Of a DNA stretch of 64,000 bases, positions 25,214 to 34,448 are shown piece after piece. Position 1 is the stretch's first letter, and each line of letters begins with the position of its first letter. A model generated the notes under the pieces. The model was not told the origin of the DNA. It made no database searches and was given only the letters and a program-made list of their open reading frames with translations. Source of the stretch: Deltaproteobacteria bacterium (GTDB lineage Bacteria; Myxococcota; UBA727; VGSZ01); NCBI GenBank assembly GCA_016874845.1, contig VGSZ01000003.1:3146-67145 (forward strand). The letters run 5' to 3'. Made by a program: the position numbers and the translations under genes.

Positions 25214-25824
25214 GGTCCCCCCGCCTCGTCGTCGTCGCGGTCCTGCTCGGCGCGTGCGCCGTGCGCGCCCAGACGATGCCCCAGCCCGACGGCAGCCTGG
25301 GAGTCCGCCTCGGCGTCGAGTCCTTTGGGCCGCCGGTGGTGGTCGTCGACGCCACCTTCGACAGCCTCGCCATGGGCGCCCTCGAGCACGTAAAGCCCGT
25401 CGCCCAGGCCCGCCTCGACCTCCATGGCCGCGTCGTCGCCCTGCTCGGCGGCGCGGTGCTCGAGCAGCGCTTCGGCGAGCGGCTGTTCCTGCGCGAGGCG
25501 GTGCAGCTCGGACCGTTCGTCGCCACGGTCGACGACGTCGCCATCGGTGCGCGCGCCGGGTTGCTGGCCCAGGTCGGCTACGACCTGGGCGACGCGTTCA
25601 CCATCGCCGCGGGGCCCGAGCTCGTCCCCGTCGTTGCCTTCGACACGTCCGCGGGCGGGGGCATCGACGGCCGCCTCGGCTGCGCGCTTGGAGGCGTCGT
25701 GCGCTGGTTCGTGGTGCCGCGCGCGGCGGCCACGCTGACGCTGTCGGGCGGCTACGACCTCGGCGGTCGCGGCGCCGGGGCCGTCACCGGCGTGGCCCTG
25801 CTCGGCGCCGTCGTCGACTGGTGA
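25210..25824 (+). CDS. Secreted hypothetical protein (signal peptide), translationally coupled to the upstream hydrolase
   Basis: ATGA start/stop overlap. MRSPRLVVVAVLLGACAVRAQT is a signal peptide. The rest is a Gly/Ala/Val-rich beta-type sequence. High GC3. Confidence 0.5.
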   Translation: MRSPRLVVVAVLLGACAVRAQTMPQPDGSLGVRLGVESFGPPVVVVDATFDSLAMGALEHVKPVAQARLDLHGRVVALLGGAVLEQRFGERLFLREAVQLGPFVATVDDVAIGARAGLLAQVGYDLGDAFTIAAGPELVPVVAFDTSAGGGIDGRLGCALGGVVRWFVVPRAAATLTLSGGYDLGGRGAGAVTGVALLGAVVDW

Positions 25825-25866
25825 CAGGCACGGCCACGACGACGCCGGCGGCAGCGCGTGGATCGG

Positions 25867-26190
25867 TCAGCCACCGGGGCGCGCGCGCTGCACCAGCAGG
25901 GTGGCGCGCGCCATCAGCCAGCCGAGCGGCACGAAGTTGCCGAGCACCGGCGTCAGCAGCGTGAGGACGACGGCGACGGCGCGCCGCGGCTCGAACAGCC
26001 AGACGACCACAAGAAAGGCGACGAAGCCGACGTTCAGGTCGACGACCATCGTCCGGCCCCAGGGGTCGGCGAGGACGCGGGCGAAGCTCTCGCCCAGGGA
26101 CGCGTCGCCGGCGGCGCCGAGGGCGCAGGCTACGGCGAGGGCGACGAAGGCAACGGCGGACACGGCGGACACGGCGGCGGGCATGGGCAC
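25867..26190 (-). CDS. Small membrane protein (2-3 TM helices), last gene of the FHA/sigma-54/radical-SAM cluster
   Basis: 107 aa (MPMPAAVSAVSAVAFVALAVACALGAAG...LTLLTPVLGNFVPLGWLMARATLL). Very high GC3. The opposite-strand ORF is Arg-rich junk. Confidence 0.5.
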   Translation of the reverse strand: MPMPAAVSAVSAVAFVALAVACALGAAGDASLGESFARVLADPWGRTMVVDLNVGFVAFLVVVWLFEPRRAVAVVLTLLTPVLGNFVPLGWLMARATLLVQRARPGG

Positions 26191-26329
26191 CTCGGAGCTG
26201 CTGCTTGGATGCTCGCGCTCGTCGGCCGCCGCATGGTGGCGCGTCGCCCGTCGGTCACACGGTCTGCGGCACCGTTTGCCGCACCGTTTGCCGCACCGTC
26301 CGCCGCACCGTCGCCCGGTGGCCCCTGCG

Positions 26330-27499
26330 TCAGCCCACGACGCCGGTCAGCTTGCGCACGGCGCTGGCGAGCGCGTCGCGGTGGGGCGCGAAGCGGTCGC
26401 GCAGCAGCGCCAGTGTCAGCCGCGCCTCGGCAAAGCGCTCGTCGCCATAGCGCAGCTCACCGAGGCGCGCGCGCACGTCGTCGAGCAGCCCGCCGACGTC
26501 GGCCAACCGGCGCAGCGCGTCGACGCCGCGGTCTCGGTCGGCCATCGTCTGCGCGCCCGGCACGCGCAGCAGGCGTGCGCGCACGTCGCCGGCCCAGGCC
26601 TCGGGCAGCGCCGTCACCAGCGCGACGACCGGGGCGAGCAGGTCGAGCCGCCGGGCGACGTCGAGCGCCTGCACCAGCGCGCCGGCGCGTCGGACGGTCG
26701 CGTCGGCGCGGGCGACCAGCTCGTCGACGTCGGCAGCGCCGAGCAGGGCGCGCGGCGTGCGCGCCCAGGCGAGGCCGAGCGGGCCTTCGAGCAGCTCAAG
26801 CACGCGCACCGCGCCGGGGCCCACCAGCGTGGCGACGTCGTCATCGCCGCCGTCGCAGCCGTCGGTCACATCGTCGGGAGCAAACAGCGCGGACAGCGGC
26901 GACGCCCGTCGCAGCACCGCACGCAGGGCGCGCGCCACGCCATGCTCGAGCCCGAGGCGCCCGGCGTTCTCGTGGGCCAGCGCGTAGAAGGCGTGATCGC
27001 CGCGCATCGTCGCTGGCGTCGGGCGAGCGCGGGTCTGCAGCGCGCGCGTCGCCAGCTCGTGCGCGTGCCGCTGGGTGCTGCCGTGGCCGGCGACGACCAG
27101 CGGCAGCACGTGCACGCACAGGTTCAACAAGAACGCCAACGGCGCCGGTGAGAAGCGCAGCGAGAACGGCGCGCCGGCGTCGTCCACGTGGAGCGCGGCG
27201 TCCCACGCTCGCCCTTCGACGGGCCGACCGGCGCGCAGCACCGTGCGGGGCGCCTGGCCAGCGTCGACGAGCCAGCCGAGCGTGCCCACCGCCAGCGTGC
27301 GTGCCAGCGCGAGGCGCAGGTCGGGCGACGGCGTCGCCGACGACGGCGCGACCTTGAAGCGTTCGCCGCGGGCGCGCCCGCACAAGAGCTCGGCGACGAT
27401 CACCACGTCGGCGTCGCCCACCGGCAGGGTCAGCGGGCGGACCAACGCGTCGGCCACCGGCTCGGCGGGTGCGTCAGCCGTCGGGGCGTCGGTCGACAT
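26330..27499 (-). CDS. Hypothetical protein (389 aa) downstream of the radical-SAM activase gene
   Basis: ATG at MSTDAPTADAPAEP. A consistent coding frame follows. The upstream part of the ORF (28036..27500) is Arg-rich non-coding-like. No known motif. A 12-nt gap separates it from the radical-SAM gene. Confidence 0.5.
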   Translation of the reverse strand: MSTDAPTADAPAEPVADALVRPLTLPVGDADVVIVAELLCGRARGERFKVAPSSATPSPDLRLALARTLAVGTLGWLVDAGQAPRTVLRAGRPVEGRAWDAALHVDDAGAPFSLRFSPAPLAFLLNLCVHVLPLVVAGHGSTQRHAHELATRALQTRARPTPATMRGDHAFYALAHENAGRLGLEHGVARALRAVLRRASPLSALFAPDDVTDGCDGGDDDVATLVGPGAVRVLELLEGPLGLAWARTPRALLGAADVDELVARADATVRRAGALVQALDVARRLDLLAPVVALVTALPEAWAGDVRARLLRVPGAQTMADRDRGVDALRRLADVGGLLDDVRARLGELRYGDERFAEARLTLALLRDRFAPHRDALASAVRKLTGVVG

Positions 27500-27510
27500 C
27501 GTGGGATCGC

Positions 27511-28116
27511 TCACCGGGTCCTCGCGCCGTGGACCGGCCAGCCGTTGAGCATGAACAGCCCGCCGTCGGGGCCCACCTTCAGCCGCAGCTCGACGGTGTT
27601 GGCGGCGACGAGGCGCGGATCGTCGTCGCGATAGCGGGACGACAGGAAATGCAGCACCTGGTTGTCGCTGCCGACGAAGCGCCTCGTCGTCGTGCGCCGT
27701 GCCTCGTCGTAGCGCCCGTCGACGAGCAGGTCGGTGTGGGCCAGCAGCCGCGCGACGCCGTCGTCGCCGCGGTCCTTCAGCTCGCCGAGGGTGAAGCCCG
27801 AGTAGACCATCACCGTCAGGCCGAGGCTCTGCGCTGCCGCGGCTACGTCGGCCAGCGCCGCCGCCTGCGCGGTGGGCTCGCCGCCGAGCAGGCTGATGCC
27901 CTCGAGCTCGTGGGCGGCGTGGGCGGCGCGCAGCTCGGCGATGACGTCGGCCACCGGGCGGCGCCCGCGCTCGACGAACGGCAGGAACTCGGGGTTGCAG
28001 CAGCCGGGGCAGCGCAGCGGGCAGCCCTGCACCCACAGCGCAAAGCGCCGGCCGGGGCCCTCGGCCTCGGTGCAGGGCACGACCACCGCGACGTTGACCG
28101 CCGCCGTCGCCGTCAC
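27511..28116 (-). CDS. Radical-SAM activating enzyme, NrdG/QueE-like single 4Fe-4S-cluster family
   Basis: The CxxxCxxC cluster motif is in FALWVQGCPLRCPGCCNPEF. The glycine-rich SAM motif is ISLLGGEPTAQ. Size is ~200 aa. The GTG start overlaps the upstream FHA gene stop (GTGA). Confidence 0.65.
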   Translation of the reverse strand: MTATAAVNVAVVVPCTEAEGPGRRFALWVQGCPLRCPGCCNPEFLPFVERGRRPVADVIAELRAAHAAHELEGISLLGGEPTAQAAALADVAAAAQSLGLTVMVYSGFTLGELKDRGDDGVARLLAHTDLLVDGRYDEARRTTTRRFVGSDNQVLHFLSSRYRDDDPRLVAANTVELRLKVGPDGGLFMLNGWPVHGARTR

Positions 28117-28595
28117 GGTGTGCCGCCGAAGCGCACCGACACGCGGGTCTCGCCGAGGCGCACGAGGTCGCCGTCGGCGAGGTCGGCCGAGCGCGCCGCG
28201 GCGCCGTTCACGAACGAGCCGTTGGTGCTGCCCAGATCGTGCAGCGAGGCGCCGGCGTGGTCGACGCAGACCATCGCGTGGCACGCCGAGACGGCCTCGT
28301 CGGCGAGCACGAGGTCGACATCGCGCTCGAATGTGGCGGAGGCGTCGGTGGCGTGGGTGTGCCCGCCGTTGCGTGTCTGCAGGTGGCGCTCGACGGCGGT
28401 GATGTCCTCGATGTGCAGCCGCTGCTGCGACTGCGCGGGGAGCATGCCGGTGCGGCGCCCCGCCTGCTCGCCGTGCAGCGGCGAGCGCCCGAGCATCACG
28501 CAGTGGCCAGCACCGACGCGCGCGGTGACGCCGGCGTCGTGGCCCTTGACGACGACGAGGCTGACCGCCCTGAGCGCGCGCGGCCCGGCGGTCAT
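28113..28595 (-). CDS. Stand-alone FHA-domain protein (160 aa)
   Basis: [22 protein letters not shown]...[21 protein letters not shown]...[14 protein letters not shown]...[20 protein letters not shown] is a full FHA signature. The ATG overlaps the stop of the upstream activator (ATGA). Confidence 0.7.
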   Translation of the reverse strand: MTAGPRALRAVSLVVVKGHDAGVTARVGAGHCVMLGRSPLHGEQAGRRTGMLPAQSQQRLHIEDITAVERHLQTRNGGHTHATDASATFERDVDLVLADEAVSACHAMVCVDHAGASLHDLGSTNGSFVNGAAARSADLADGDLVRLGETRVSVRFGGTP

Positions 28596-30244
28596 TCCTC
28601 GGGGCCGTCGCGGCTGACGAGGCCGAAGGCGGTGGCCTTGCGCCACAGCGTGGTCTTGGCGACGCCGAGGGCGCGGGCGGCCTCGCCGATCGAGCCGTGG
28701 GCCGCGAGGGCGGCGGCGATGGCGGTCTTCTCGACCTCCTCCATCGTCATGCCCTTTCGGTAGAGCGAGGCGCCGTCCTTCTGCTCGGCGAGGGTGACCG
28801 GCACGAAGGCGACGTCGTCGGCGTCGATGGTCTTGCCGTCGCCCATGATGATCGCCCGCTGCACGACGTTTCTCAGCTCGCGCACGTTGCCGGGGAACGG
28901 GTGCTGTTTCAGCTTCTGCTCCGCCGCCAACGAGAACGTCGGCGCGGCCTGCGGCGCCAGCGACCGCGCGAAGTGCTTCGCCAGGTGCACGATGTCGACG
29001 GGGCGCTCGCGCAGGGCGGGCAGCTTCACCGGGATCACGTAGATGCGATGCAGAAGGTCCTCGCGGAAGCGCCCCTCGCGCACGTGGGCGGCGAGGTCGC
29101 GGTGGGTCGCGCACACGATCCGCGCGTCGACGGCGATGTCGCCGCGGCCGCCGAGGCGGCGCACCGAGCGCGTCTCGAGCACGCGCAGCAGCTTGGCCTG
29201 CATCTCGACCGGCAGCTCGCCGATCTCGTCGAGGAACAGCGTGCCCTTGTCGGCCTCCTCGAAGGCGCCCTTGCGCTGGCGGTCGGCGCCGGTGAACGCG
29301 CCCTTCTCGTGGCCAAACAGCTCGCTCTCGATGAGCTCCTCGGGGAACGCCGCGCAGTTGAGCGGTACGAACGGCCCGCCACGTCGCCCCGACAGCTTGT
29401 GCATCGCGTGGGCGACAAGCTCCTTGCCCGTGCCCGTCTCGCCGAAGATGCACACGCTGGCGTCGTGGGGCGCGACCTTCTCGATGAGCGCGAAGGTCTT
29501 GCCAAACCCGGCGTCGGCGGTGGTCAGGTCGCCGCAGCGCCACGGCCCCTTGCCGGGCGCCTTGTCGCCGACGAGCGTGACGTCGGTGTCCTTGCCCTCG
29601 GCGGTCATCTTCGTCTTGCCGAAGCGCAGCTCGGCGCCGACGGGCACCTCGGCCTCGACGACGCGCACGCCGTTGACGAACGTGCCGTTGGTGCTGTCGA
29701 GGTCGCGCACGATCAGGCGCTCGCCGCGCAGGAACAGCTGGGCATGGAACGAGCTGACGAACCCGTCGTCGAGGACGAGGTCGTTGTCGGGCAGGGCGCC
29801 GATGCGCAGGCCGTGCGGCGGCAGGTCGCGCGTGCCGCCGCCCAGGCTCGAGGGCAGGCGCAGCCGCACGTCGGTGCGGGTAAGTTGCCCGTCGGCGCGG
29901 GTGCGCAGGATCCCCGTGCGCTGGCCGCCGCCGGCGCCGGCGGTCGCCGGTTCGTCGCGACCGCGGTCGAAGCGCGCGGTGAGCGCGCCGAAGCGGAAGG
30001 TGGCGCCGTCGACCACCGGCTCGTCGATGATCCGCCGCCCGTTCATGACGATGCCGCCGCCGCCGCGGTCGACGACGCGGTAGCGGCCCTGGCCCACCGG
30101 CTCGAACGAGCACAGGAACGGTGGCAGCGTGTCGTCGGGGATCGCGATGTCGTTGGCCACGCTGCGGCCGACCGTGACGGCCTGGCCGTGTAACGGCGTC
30201 CGCAGGACGGGGGTGTCGGCGTTCAGCAGGAGAAGCTCGGGCAT
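28592..30244 (-). CDS. Sigma-54-dependent transcriptional activator with two N-terminal FHA domains, AAA+ sigma-54 interaction domain and Fis-type HTH
   Basis: First FHA: [18 protein letters not shown]...[11 protein letters not shown]. Second FHA: [26 protein letters not shown]...[11 protein letters not shown]. Walker A GETGTGKE. Sigma-54 contact loop [15 protein letters not shown] (GAFTGA). C-terminal HTH ...[20 protein letters not shown]. The start was chosen at [13 protein letters not shown]. Confidence 0.85.
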   Translation of the reverse strand: MPELLLLNADTPVLRTPLHGQAVTVGRSVANDIAIPDDTLPPFLCSFEPVGQGRYRVVDRGGGGIVMNGRRIIDEPVVDGATFRFGALTARFDRGRDEPATAGAGGGQRTGILRTRADGQLTRTDVRLRLPSSLGGGTRDLPPHGLRIGALPDNDLVLDDGFVSSFHAQLFLRGERLIVRDLDSTNGTFVNGVRVVEAEVPVGAELRFGKTKMTAEGKDTDVTLVGDKAPGKGPWRCGDLTTADAGFGKTFALIEKVAPHDASVCIFGETGTGKELVAHAMHKLSGRRGGPFVPLNCAAFPEELIESELFGHEKGAFTGADRQRKGAFEEADKGTLFLDEIGELPVEMQAKLLRVLETRSVRRLGGRGDIAVDARIVCATHRDLAAHVREGRFREDLLHRIYVIPVKLPALRERPVDIVHLAKHFARSLAPQAAPTFSLAAEQKLKQHPFPGNVRELRNVVQRAIIMGDGKTIDADDVAFVPVTLAEQKDGASLYRKGMTMEEVEKTAIAAALAAHGSIGEAARALGVAKTTLWRKATAFGLVSRDGPEE

Positions 30245-30401
30245 GGCTCGTTTGTTCCACGAGCCCCGGGGCAGTGTCGACGGCGTCGCCCGCGGGCTCC
30301 GGCCCGATCCGACCAAGTTGCAACGCCGGCTACCGATCGTCATCTTTTCGCTGATGTGAAATCGTATGCATCTTTGCATGTAAAAACGTCTGGAGGTCAT
30401 C
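30245..30401. promoter_or_regulatory. Divergent promoter region between the FHA/sigma-54 activator gene and the arsR-family gene; contains inverted repeat ATGCA-N4-TGCAT (30366-30379) and a GGAGG SD for the arsR-like gene
   Basis: A locally AT-richer 157-bp intergenic segment. The inverted repeat and SD were read directly. No confident -35/-10 or -24/-12 elements could be assigned. Confidence 0.4.
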
Positions 30402-30806
30402 GTGCCGATGCGAAAAGTGGCCCAGCGCGAGCTTGCGGTCTTGTTCTCCCTGCTCGCCCACCCATTGCGCCTCGCCCTGCTCACCGGCCTGGCCGAGGGC
30501 GAGCGTGATGTCGGCAGCCTGGTCAAATCCACCGGTGCCCCGCAGACGGCGGTGTCCCAGGCCTTGGCGCGCCTGCGCGCCGCGCGCCTCGTGCAGGAGC
30601 GCCGCCAGGGGCGCCACGTGTTCTACCGCTTGACGGTGGCCAGCCTGCCGGCGTGGCTCGATGGCGGCTACGCGCTGCTCGCCGACGAGACGGCGCAGGT
30701 CGCCGCGTTGCATGACGCGCTCACGTCGCTCCGGGCCACCGCGCCTGCGCCCGTGCCTGCCTCGACGATCGGGGCCGCCGTCCCCGCCGCGGGCGCTGTC
30801 GAATGA
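30402..30806 (+). CDS. ArsR/SmtB-family metalloregulatory-type HTH transcriptional regulator
   Basis: ...[67 protein letters not shown] is a winged-HTH ArsR signature. 134 aa with GTG start. Confidence 0.75.
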   Translation: MPMRKVAQRELAVLFSLLAHPLRLALLTGLAEGERDVGSLVKSTGAPQTAVSQALARLRAARLVQERRQGRHVFYRLTVASLPAWLDGGYALLADETAQVAALHDALTSLRATAPAPVPASTIGAAVPAAGAVE

Positions 30807-31240
30807 CGATGGCGCTCGAGCTCGCGACCCTGGTGACTCGTCTGGCCCGGTCGGCGGGGGGGGCTGGCAGAGCACGACGGGTGCTGCGTTGCGTCGACGA
30901 GCTCGGCGCCGCCGCTGCAGTTCGAGGGCTGGCCGGCGCTGCAGTTCACCGGCTGGCCGAAGGCGGCGCGCGGCACGTTCGGCGGCGAGGTCGCCTTCGT
31001 CGACGCCCACGACGACGGCGCCGGCCGCTTCCGCGTCGTCGTCGTACCCACCGCCTTGGAGCCGTGGCCCGACGGCGTGACCCTGCGGCAGGGCGTGCGG
31101 GCCAACGGCTGGGCGCTGCTCGCGCGGGTCGCCGTAGGTTCCGAGCTTTGGCGCCGCTTGAACGCCTTCCCGCCGTCGTTGAAGCAGGCGCCGGTCGGCG
31201 ACAAGGCCGGCGACCCGGGCTCGTTCAAGGCACAGGACAA
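30803..31240 (+). CDS. Hypothetical ORF overlapping the arsR-like gene stop (ATGA); apparent frame change at a G8 homopolymer (~30856)
   Basis: Starts as [20 protein letters not shown] in frame 2. Coding-like signal then continues in frame 0 (...FEGWPALQFTGWPKAARGTFGGEVAFVDAHDDGAGRFRVVVVP...GVRANGWALLARV...). No stop precedes the TolC-like start. Confidence 0.25.
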
Positions 31241-31241
31241 G

Positions 31242-32417
31242 ATGAAGCGAACGCCGTCGTCGTCGTCAGCGTCCTCGCCCGCGTCGCGCTCCCCGCGCCG
31301 CCGGAGCGACCGCTCATCCTCGACGAGGTCTGGGCCGCGGTGGAGGCCCATCACCCGCCCATCGCCATGGTCCGCTGCTGCGCGACCGCTTCATCAACCG
31401 TCGCCGCGCCGGCATCGAGAAGCTCGCGCTCGAGCAGCAGGTGCAGGCCCAGGCCGTGCGGCTGGCGCGCCTCGGGCTGCGGCGCGTGGCCGCCCTCGCC
31501 TACTGGCAGTGGGTGACCGCCGGCGCGCGCGTCGACGTGGCCCGCTGCGTGGTGGCGCTGGCGCTGGACCGTGACCAGCAGCTCGCGGATCGTGCCGCCG
31601 CCGGCGATCTGGCGGCCATCGAGCAGCGCGACAACGACCGCTTCGTCGCCCAGCGCCGGGCCCGGCTGGTGCCCGCCGAGCGCGCGCTCGACCAGATCGC
31701 CCTCGACCTGTCGTTGTTCCTGCGCGACCGCGACGGCGCCCCGGTCGCCGCCGAGGCGGCGATCGGGGCGCCCTTGTGGCCCCCAGGCCGCGCGAGGAGG
31801 ATCGGCGCGCTGTGCTCGACGAGGCCCGCGACCAGCGCCCCGAGCTGCGGCGGCAACGCCTGGTGGTCGAGCCGCTCGGTGTCCATGCGCGCCTGGCCGA
31901 CAACCTGCTGCTGCCGGGGCTCGCGCTGCAGGCGGGCGTCCTGCAGGACCTCGGCCCGTCGGCGACGTCGCCCTCGTCAGCGACGGCGTGGGGCGCCGAC
32001 GGCAAGACGCGCGCGGTGCCCGAGGTCAAGGTGGGCCTGTCGTTCGACCTGCCCGTGCCCTTGCGTCAGGCGCGCGGCCGGGTCGCCGTCGCGGCCGCCC
32101 AGCGTGATCGCGCGGCGCCGCAGCCGCGGCTCCTGACCGACCGGGTCGACATCGACGTCGACGACGACCGCTTCGCTGCCCGGGCGGCGGCGGCCCGCGT
32201 CGCCGCCGTCGCCGCCGAGGTCGCCGCCGCCGCCGCGGTGGAGGACGCCGAGCGCGCCCGCTCCGAGGTCAGCGACGCGACGTTGCTGACGGTCAACCTG
32301 CGCGAGGGCGCGACGGTGGACGCGCGGCTGACCGCCATGGACGCCGCGCTGGAGGTGCGCCGCGCCGAGGTGGCCTTCGACGCGGCGACGGCCCGGATCC
32401 TCGGCGGCGGTCCGTAG
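31242..32417 (+). pseudogene. TolC-like outer-membrane efflux protein (OEP family), reading frame apparently broken three times (all -1) at ~31.25, ~31.39 and ~31.80 kb
   Basis: ATG MKR is followed by a signal-peptide-like segment AVVVVSVLARVALPAPPERPLILDEVWAAV in frame 2. Helical OEP-like sequence IEKLALEQQVQAQAVRL...LDQIALDLSLFLRDRDG runs in frame 1. The C-terminal OEP half ...LLLPGLALQAG...EVKVGLSFDLPVPL...LEVRRAEVAFDAATARILGGGP* runs in frame 0. This is either a genuine pseudogene or indel errors. Confidence 0.45.
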
Positions 32418-32534
32418 GCGGCCGTCGCGAAGGTGGACAAGGCGCTCGCGCAGGACCCTGCGGCGGGGCTCGTCGACCCGGCTCGACAAAACCGTGGATG
32501 GTGCGAAAACTGACGGTGCCCGAGGGGGGGGACC

Positions 32535-33902
32535 GTGAAGTCGATGCGCGTGTTGATCGCCGACGACGACGAGCTGACGCTTGAGCTGCTGAAGGTGTTC
32601 GTCCGCGGCGAGGCCTTCGTGGCCGAGTTCGTGAGCGGCGGCGCCGCGGACTTGCGCCGGATTGGCGAGGGCGTCGTCGATGTCGTCGTCACCGACGTGC
32701 GCATGCCCGAGGTCAGCGGCGAGCAGCTGCTCGACGAGGTGAAGCGCCAGTCGCCCGAGACGCCGGTCCTGATGATGACGGCCGAGCCCGACATCGACGA
32801 GGCGGTGCGCATGCTGAGGCGCGGCGCCGACGACTACATCCCCAAGCCCATCGAGCAGCGGGTGTTCTTGAACCGCGTGCGTCACCAGCTGGAGCGCGTG
32901 CGGCTCGGCCGCGAGGTGCAGGAGCTGCGGCAGGCCATCGCTGCGGCGCAGGGCGGCACCGTGATCGTCGGCAACACGCCAGTGCTGCAGAACCTGCTGC
33001 GCCGCCTGCCGATGACGTCGCAGACCGACGCGACGGTGCTCCTCACCGGCGAGGGCGGCACCGGCAAAGAGCTCTTCGCTCGCAAGATCCACGAGCTCTC
33101 CAAGCGCAAGGACCTGCGCTTCGTGACTGTCAACTGCGGCGCCCTTTCCGACACGCTGCTCGAGAGCGAGCTGTTTGGCTACAAGCGCGGCGCCTTCACC
33201 GACGCCCACCGTGACACCCCCGGCCTCGTGGTCGAGGCTGAAGGCGGGACGCTGTTTCTTGACGAGATTGGCGAGGTGTCGCTCAGCGTGCAGGTCAAGC
33301 TGCTGCGCTTCCTGCAGTCCAAGGAGTACAAGCCCCTCGGCTCGCCCCAGAGCGAACACGCCGACGTGCGGATCATCGCCGCCACCAACCGCGACCTCCC
33401 GAAGATGGTGCTGAAAGGAACGTTTCGCGAGGATCTCTATTATCGACTGAACATCGTGCCGATGATCGTGCCGCCGTTGCGCGAGCGCCGCGCCGACATC
33501 CCGTTGCTGGCGAACTTCTTCCTCGCGCAGTTCCGCCGGCAGTACGACAAGAAGGCGCAGGGGTTTTCGCCCGAGGCCATTGCCCGCCTGTGCGCCCGCG
33601 ACTGGCCCGGCAACGTGCGCGAGCTCGAGAACCGCGTGCAGCAGCTGGTCGTGCTGTCCAACGAGGAGATCGTGCACGACCTCGACGCCCCCGGCGAAGA
33701 CGGGACGTCGGTGCTCGACGCGGGGCCACCGTTCAAGGACGCCAAGCGCCGTGTCGTCGACCACTTCGAGCGTGAGTACGTGCGCCGGGCGCTGGCCCGC
33801 CACAGGGGCAACGTCTCGGCGGCGGCGCGCGAGGCGTTGCTCGACCGGAAGTCTTTCTGGCTCATCGCCCGCCGAGCCGGAATCACGGGCGCCGACGAAT
33901 GA
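32535..33902 (+). CDS. Sigma-54-dependent response regulator (NtrC family: receiver + AAA+ + HTH)
   Basis: Receiver MKSMRVLIADDDE...VVVTDVRMPEVSG. Walker A GEGGTGKE. ESELFGYKRGAFTDA (GAFTGA variant). NVRELEN. C-terminal HTH. 455 aa with GTG start. Confidence 0.85.
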   Translation: MKSMRVLIADDDELTLELLKVFVRGEAFVAEFVSGGAADLRRIGEGVVDVVVTDVRMPEVSGEQLLDEVKRQSPETPVLMMTAEPDIDEAVRMLRRGADDYIPKPIEQRVFLNRVRHQLERVRLGREVQELRQAIAAAQGGTVIVGNTPVLQNLLRRLPMTSQTDATVLLTGEGGTGKELFARKIHELSKRKDLRFVTVNCGALSDTLLESELFGYKRGAFTDAHRDTPGLVVEAEGGTLFLDEIGEVSLSVQVKLLRFLQSKEYKPLGSPQSEHADVRIIAATNRDLPKMVLKGTFREDLYYRLNIVPMIVPPLRERRADIPLLANFFLAQFRRQYDKKAQGFSPEAIARLCARDWPGNVRELENRVQQLVVLSNEEIVHDLDAPGEDGTSVLDAGPPFKDAKRRVVDHFEREYVRRALARHRGNVSAAAREALLDRKSFWLIARRAGITGADE

Positions 33903-34414
33903 CCGGTGACGAGCGCTATCCGCGGGCGGTAGCAGCGCTGCGGCGCCTGCTCGGTCGCGACGCTGACGCTGTCGCTGCCGCCCCGTTGACCGCGTTCCGC
34001 CTCGGGCCGGCGGTGCTGCGGGCGCCGCCGGCACTCCGCAGCCGCGCCGAGGCCGAGGTCGTCGCGGGCGACGACACCCACGCCGACGAAGCGGACGGCG
34101 CCGACGGCGACCTGCTCGGCGAGCTCGTCGACATGGTGCTGGTCGGCGCCGACGACGAGGGCGCGGCGGGCGTGCCCGAGGTCCGGCTGCAGTTCAAGGC
34201 CAGCGTGCTCGGCGGGCTGCACCTGCGGCTGCAGAAGACCGCCGAGGGGCTGGTCGCCACGTTCACCGTCGCCGACGCCGCCGCCCGCCGCGCCGTCGTC
34301 GACCACATCGACGCGTTGCTCGTGCACCTGAAGGCGCGCGGCTTCGCCGTCGCCCGCCACGCCGTCGAGGTCGCCCCGGACCAGGCCGTCACCGGCACGA
34401 CGAGCCGGCCCTGA
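33899..34414 (+). CDS. Small protein with FliK C-terminal (Flg_hook)-like domain, translationally coupled to the sigma-54 response regulator
   Basis: ATGA overlap. The sequence ...PEVRLQFKASVLGGLHLRLQKTAEGLVATFTVADAAARRAVVDHIDALLVHLKARGF resembles the Flg_hook pattern. High GC3. 171 aa. Confidence 0.5.
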   Translation: MTGDERYPRAVAALRRLLGRDADAVAAAPLTAFRLGPAVLRAPPALRSRAEAEVVAGDDTHADEADGADGDLLGELVDMVLVGADDEGAAGVPEVRLQFKASVLGGLHLRLQKTAEGLVATFTVADAAARRAVVDHIDALLVHLKARGFAVARHAVEVAPDQAVTGTTSRP

Positions 34415-34448
34415 GAGGCTGACGGAGCATCGGGTCGGCGTCTCGCCG

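Noticed and set aside
27500-28284. Upstream extensions of ORFs 26330..28036 and 27511..28284 beyond my chosen starts
   Set aside because: The extended N-termini are Arg-rich with poor codon-position bias. The chosen internal starts (ATG 27499; GTG 28116 overlapping the upstream stop) give proteins that begin right at recognisable domains.
30241-30320. Possible frameshift inside the sigma-54/FHA activator near its start
   Set aside because: My manual base-indexing of this line disagreed by one nucleotide with the provided ORF track. The track shows one continuous ORF (…[19 protein letters not shown]…), so I attribute the discrepancy to my own counting.
28113-30323. ORF 28113..30323 (736 aa) as a single gene
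   Set aside because: Only its last 160 codons (28113..28595) form a coherent FHA-domain protein beginning with ATG right at the stop of the upstream activator. The remaining upstream part is Arg/Pro-rich and antisense-like, overlapping the well-supported sigma-54 activator frame.
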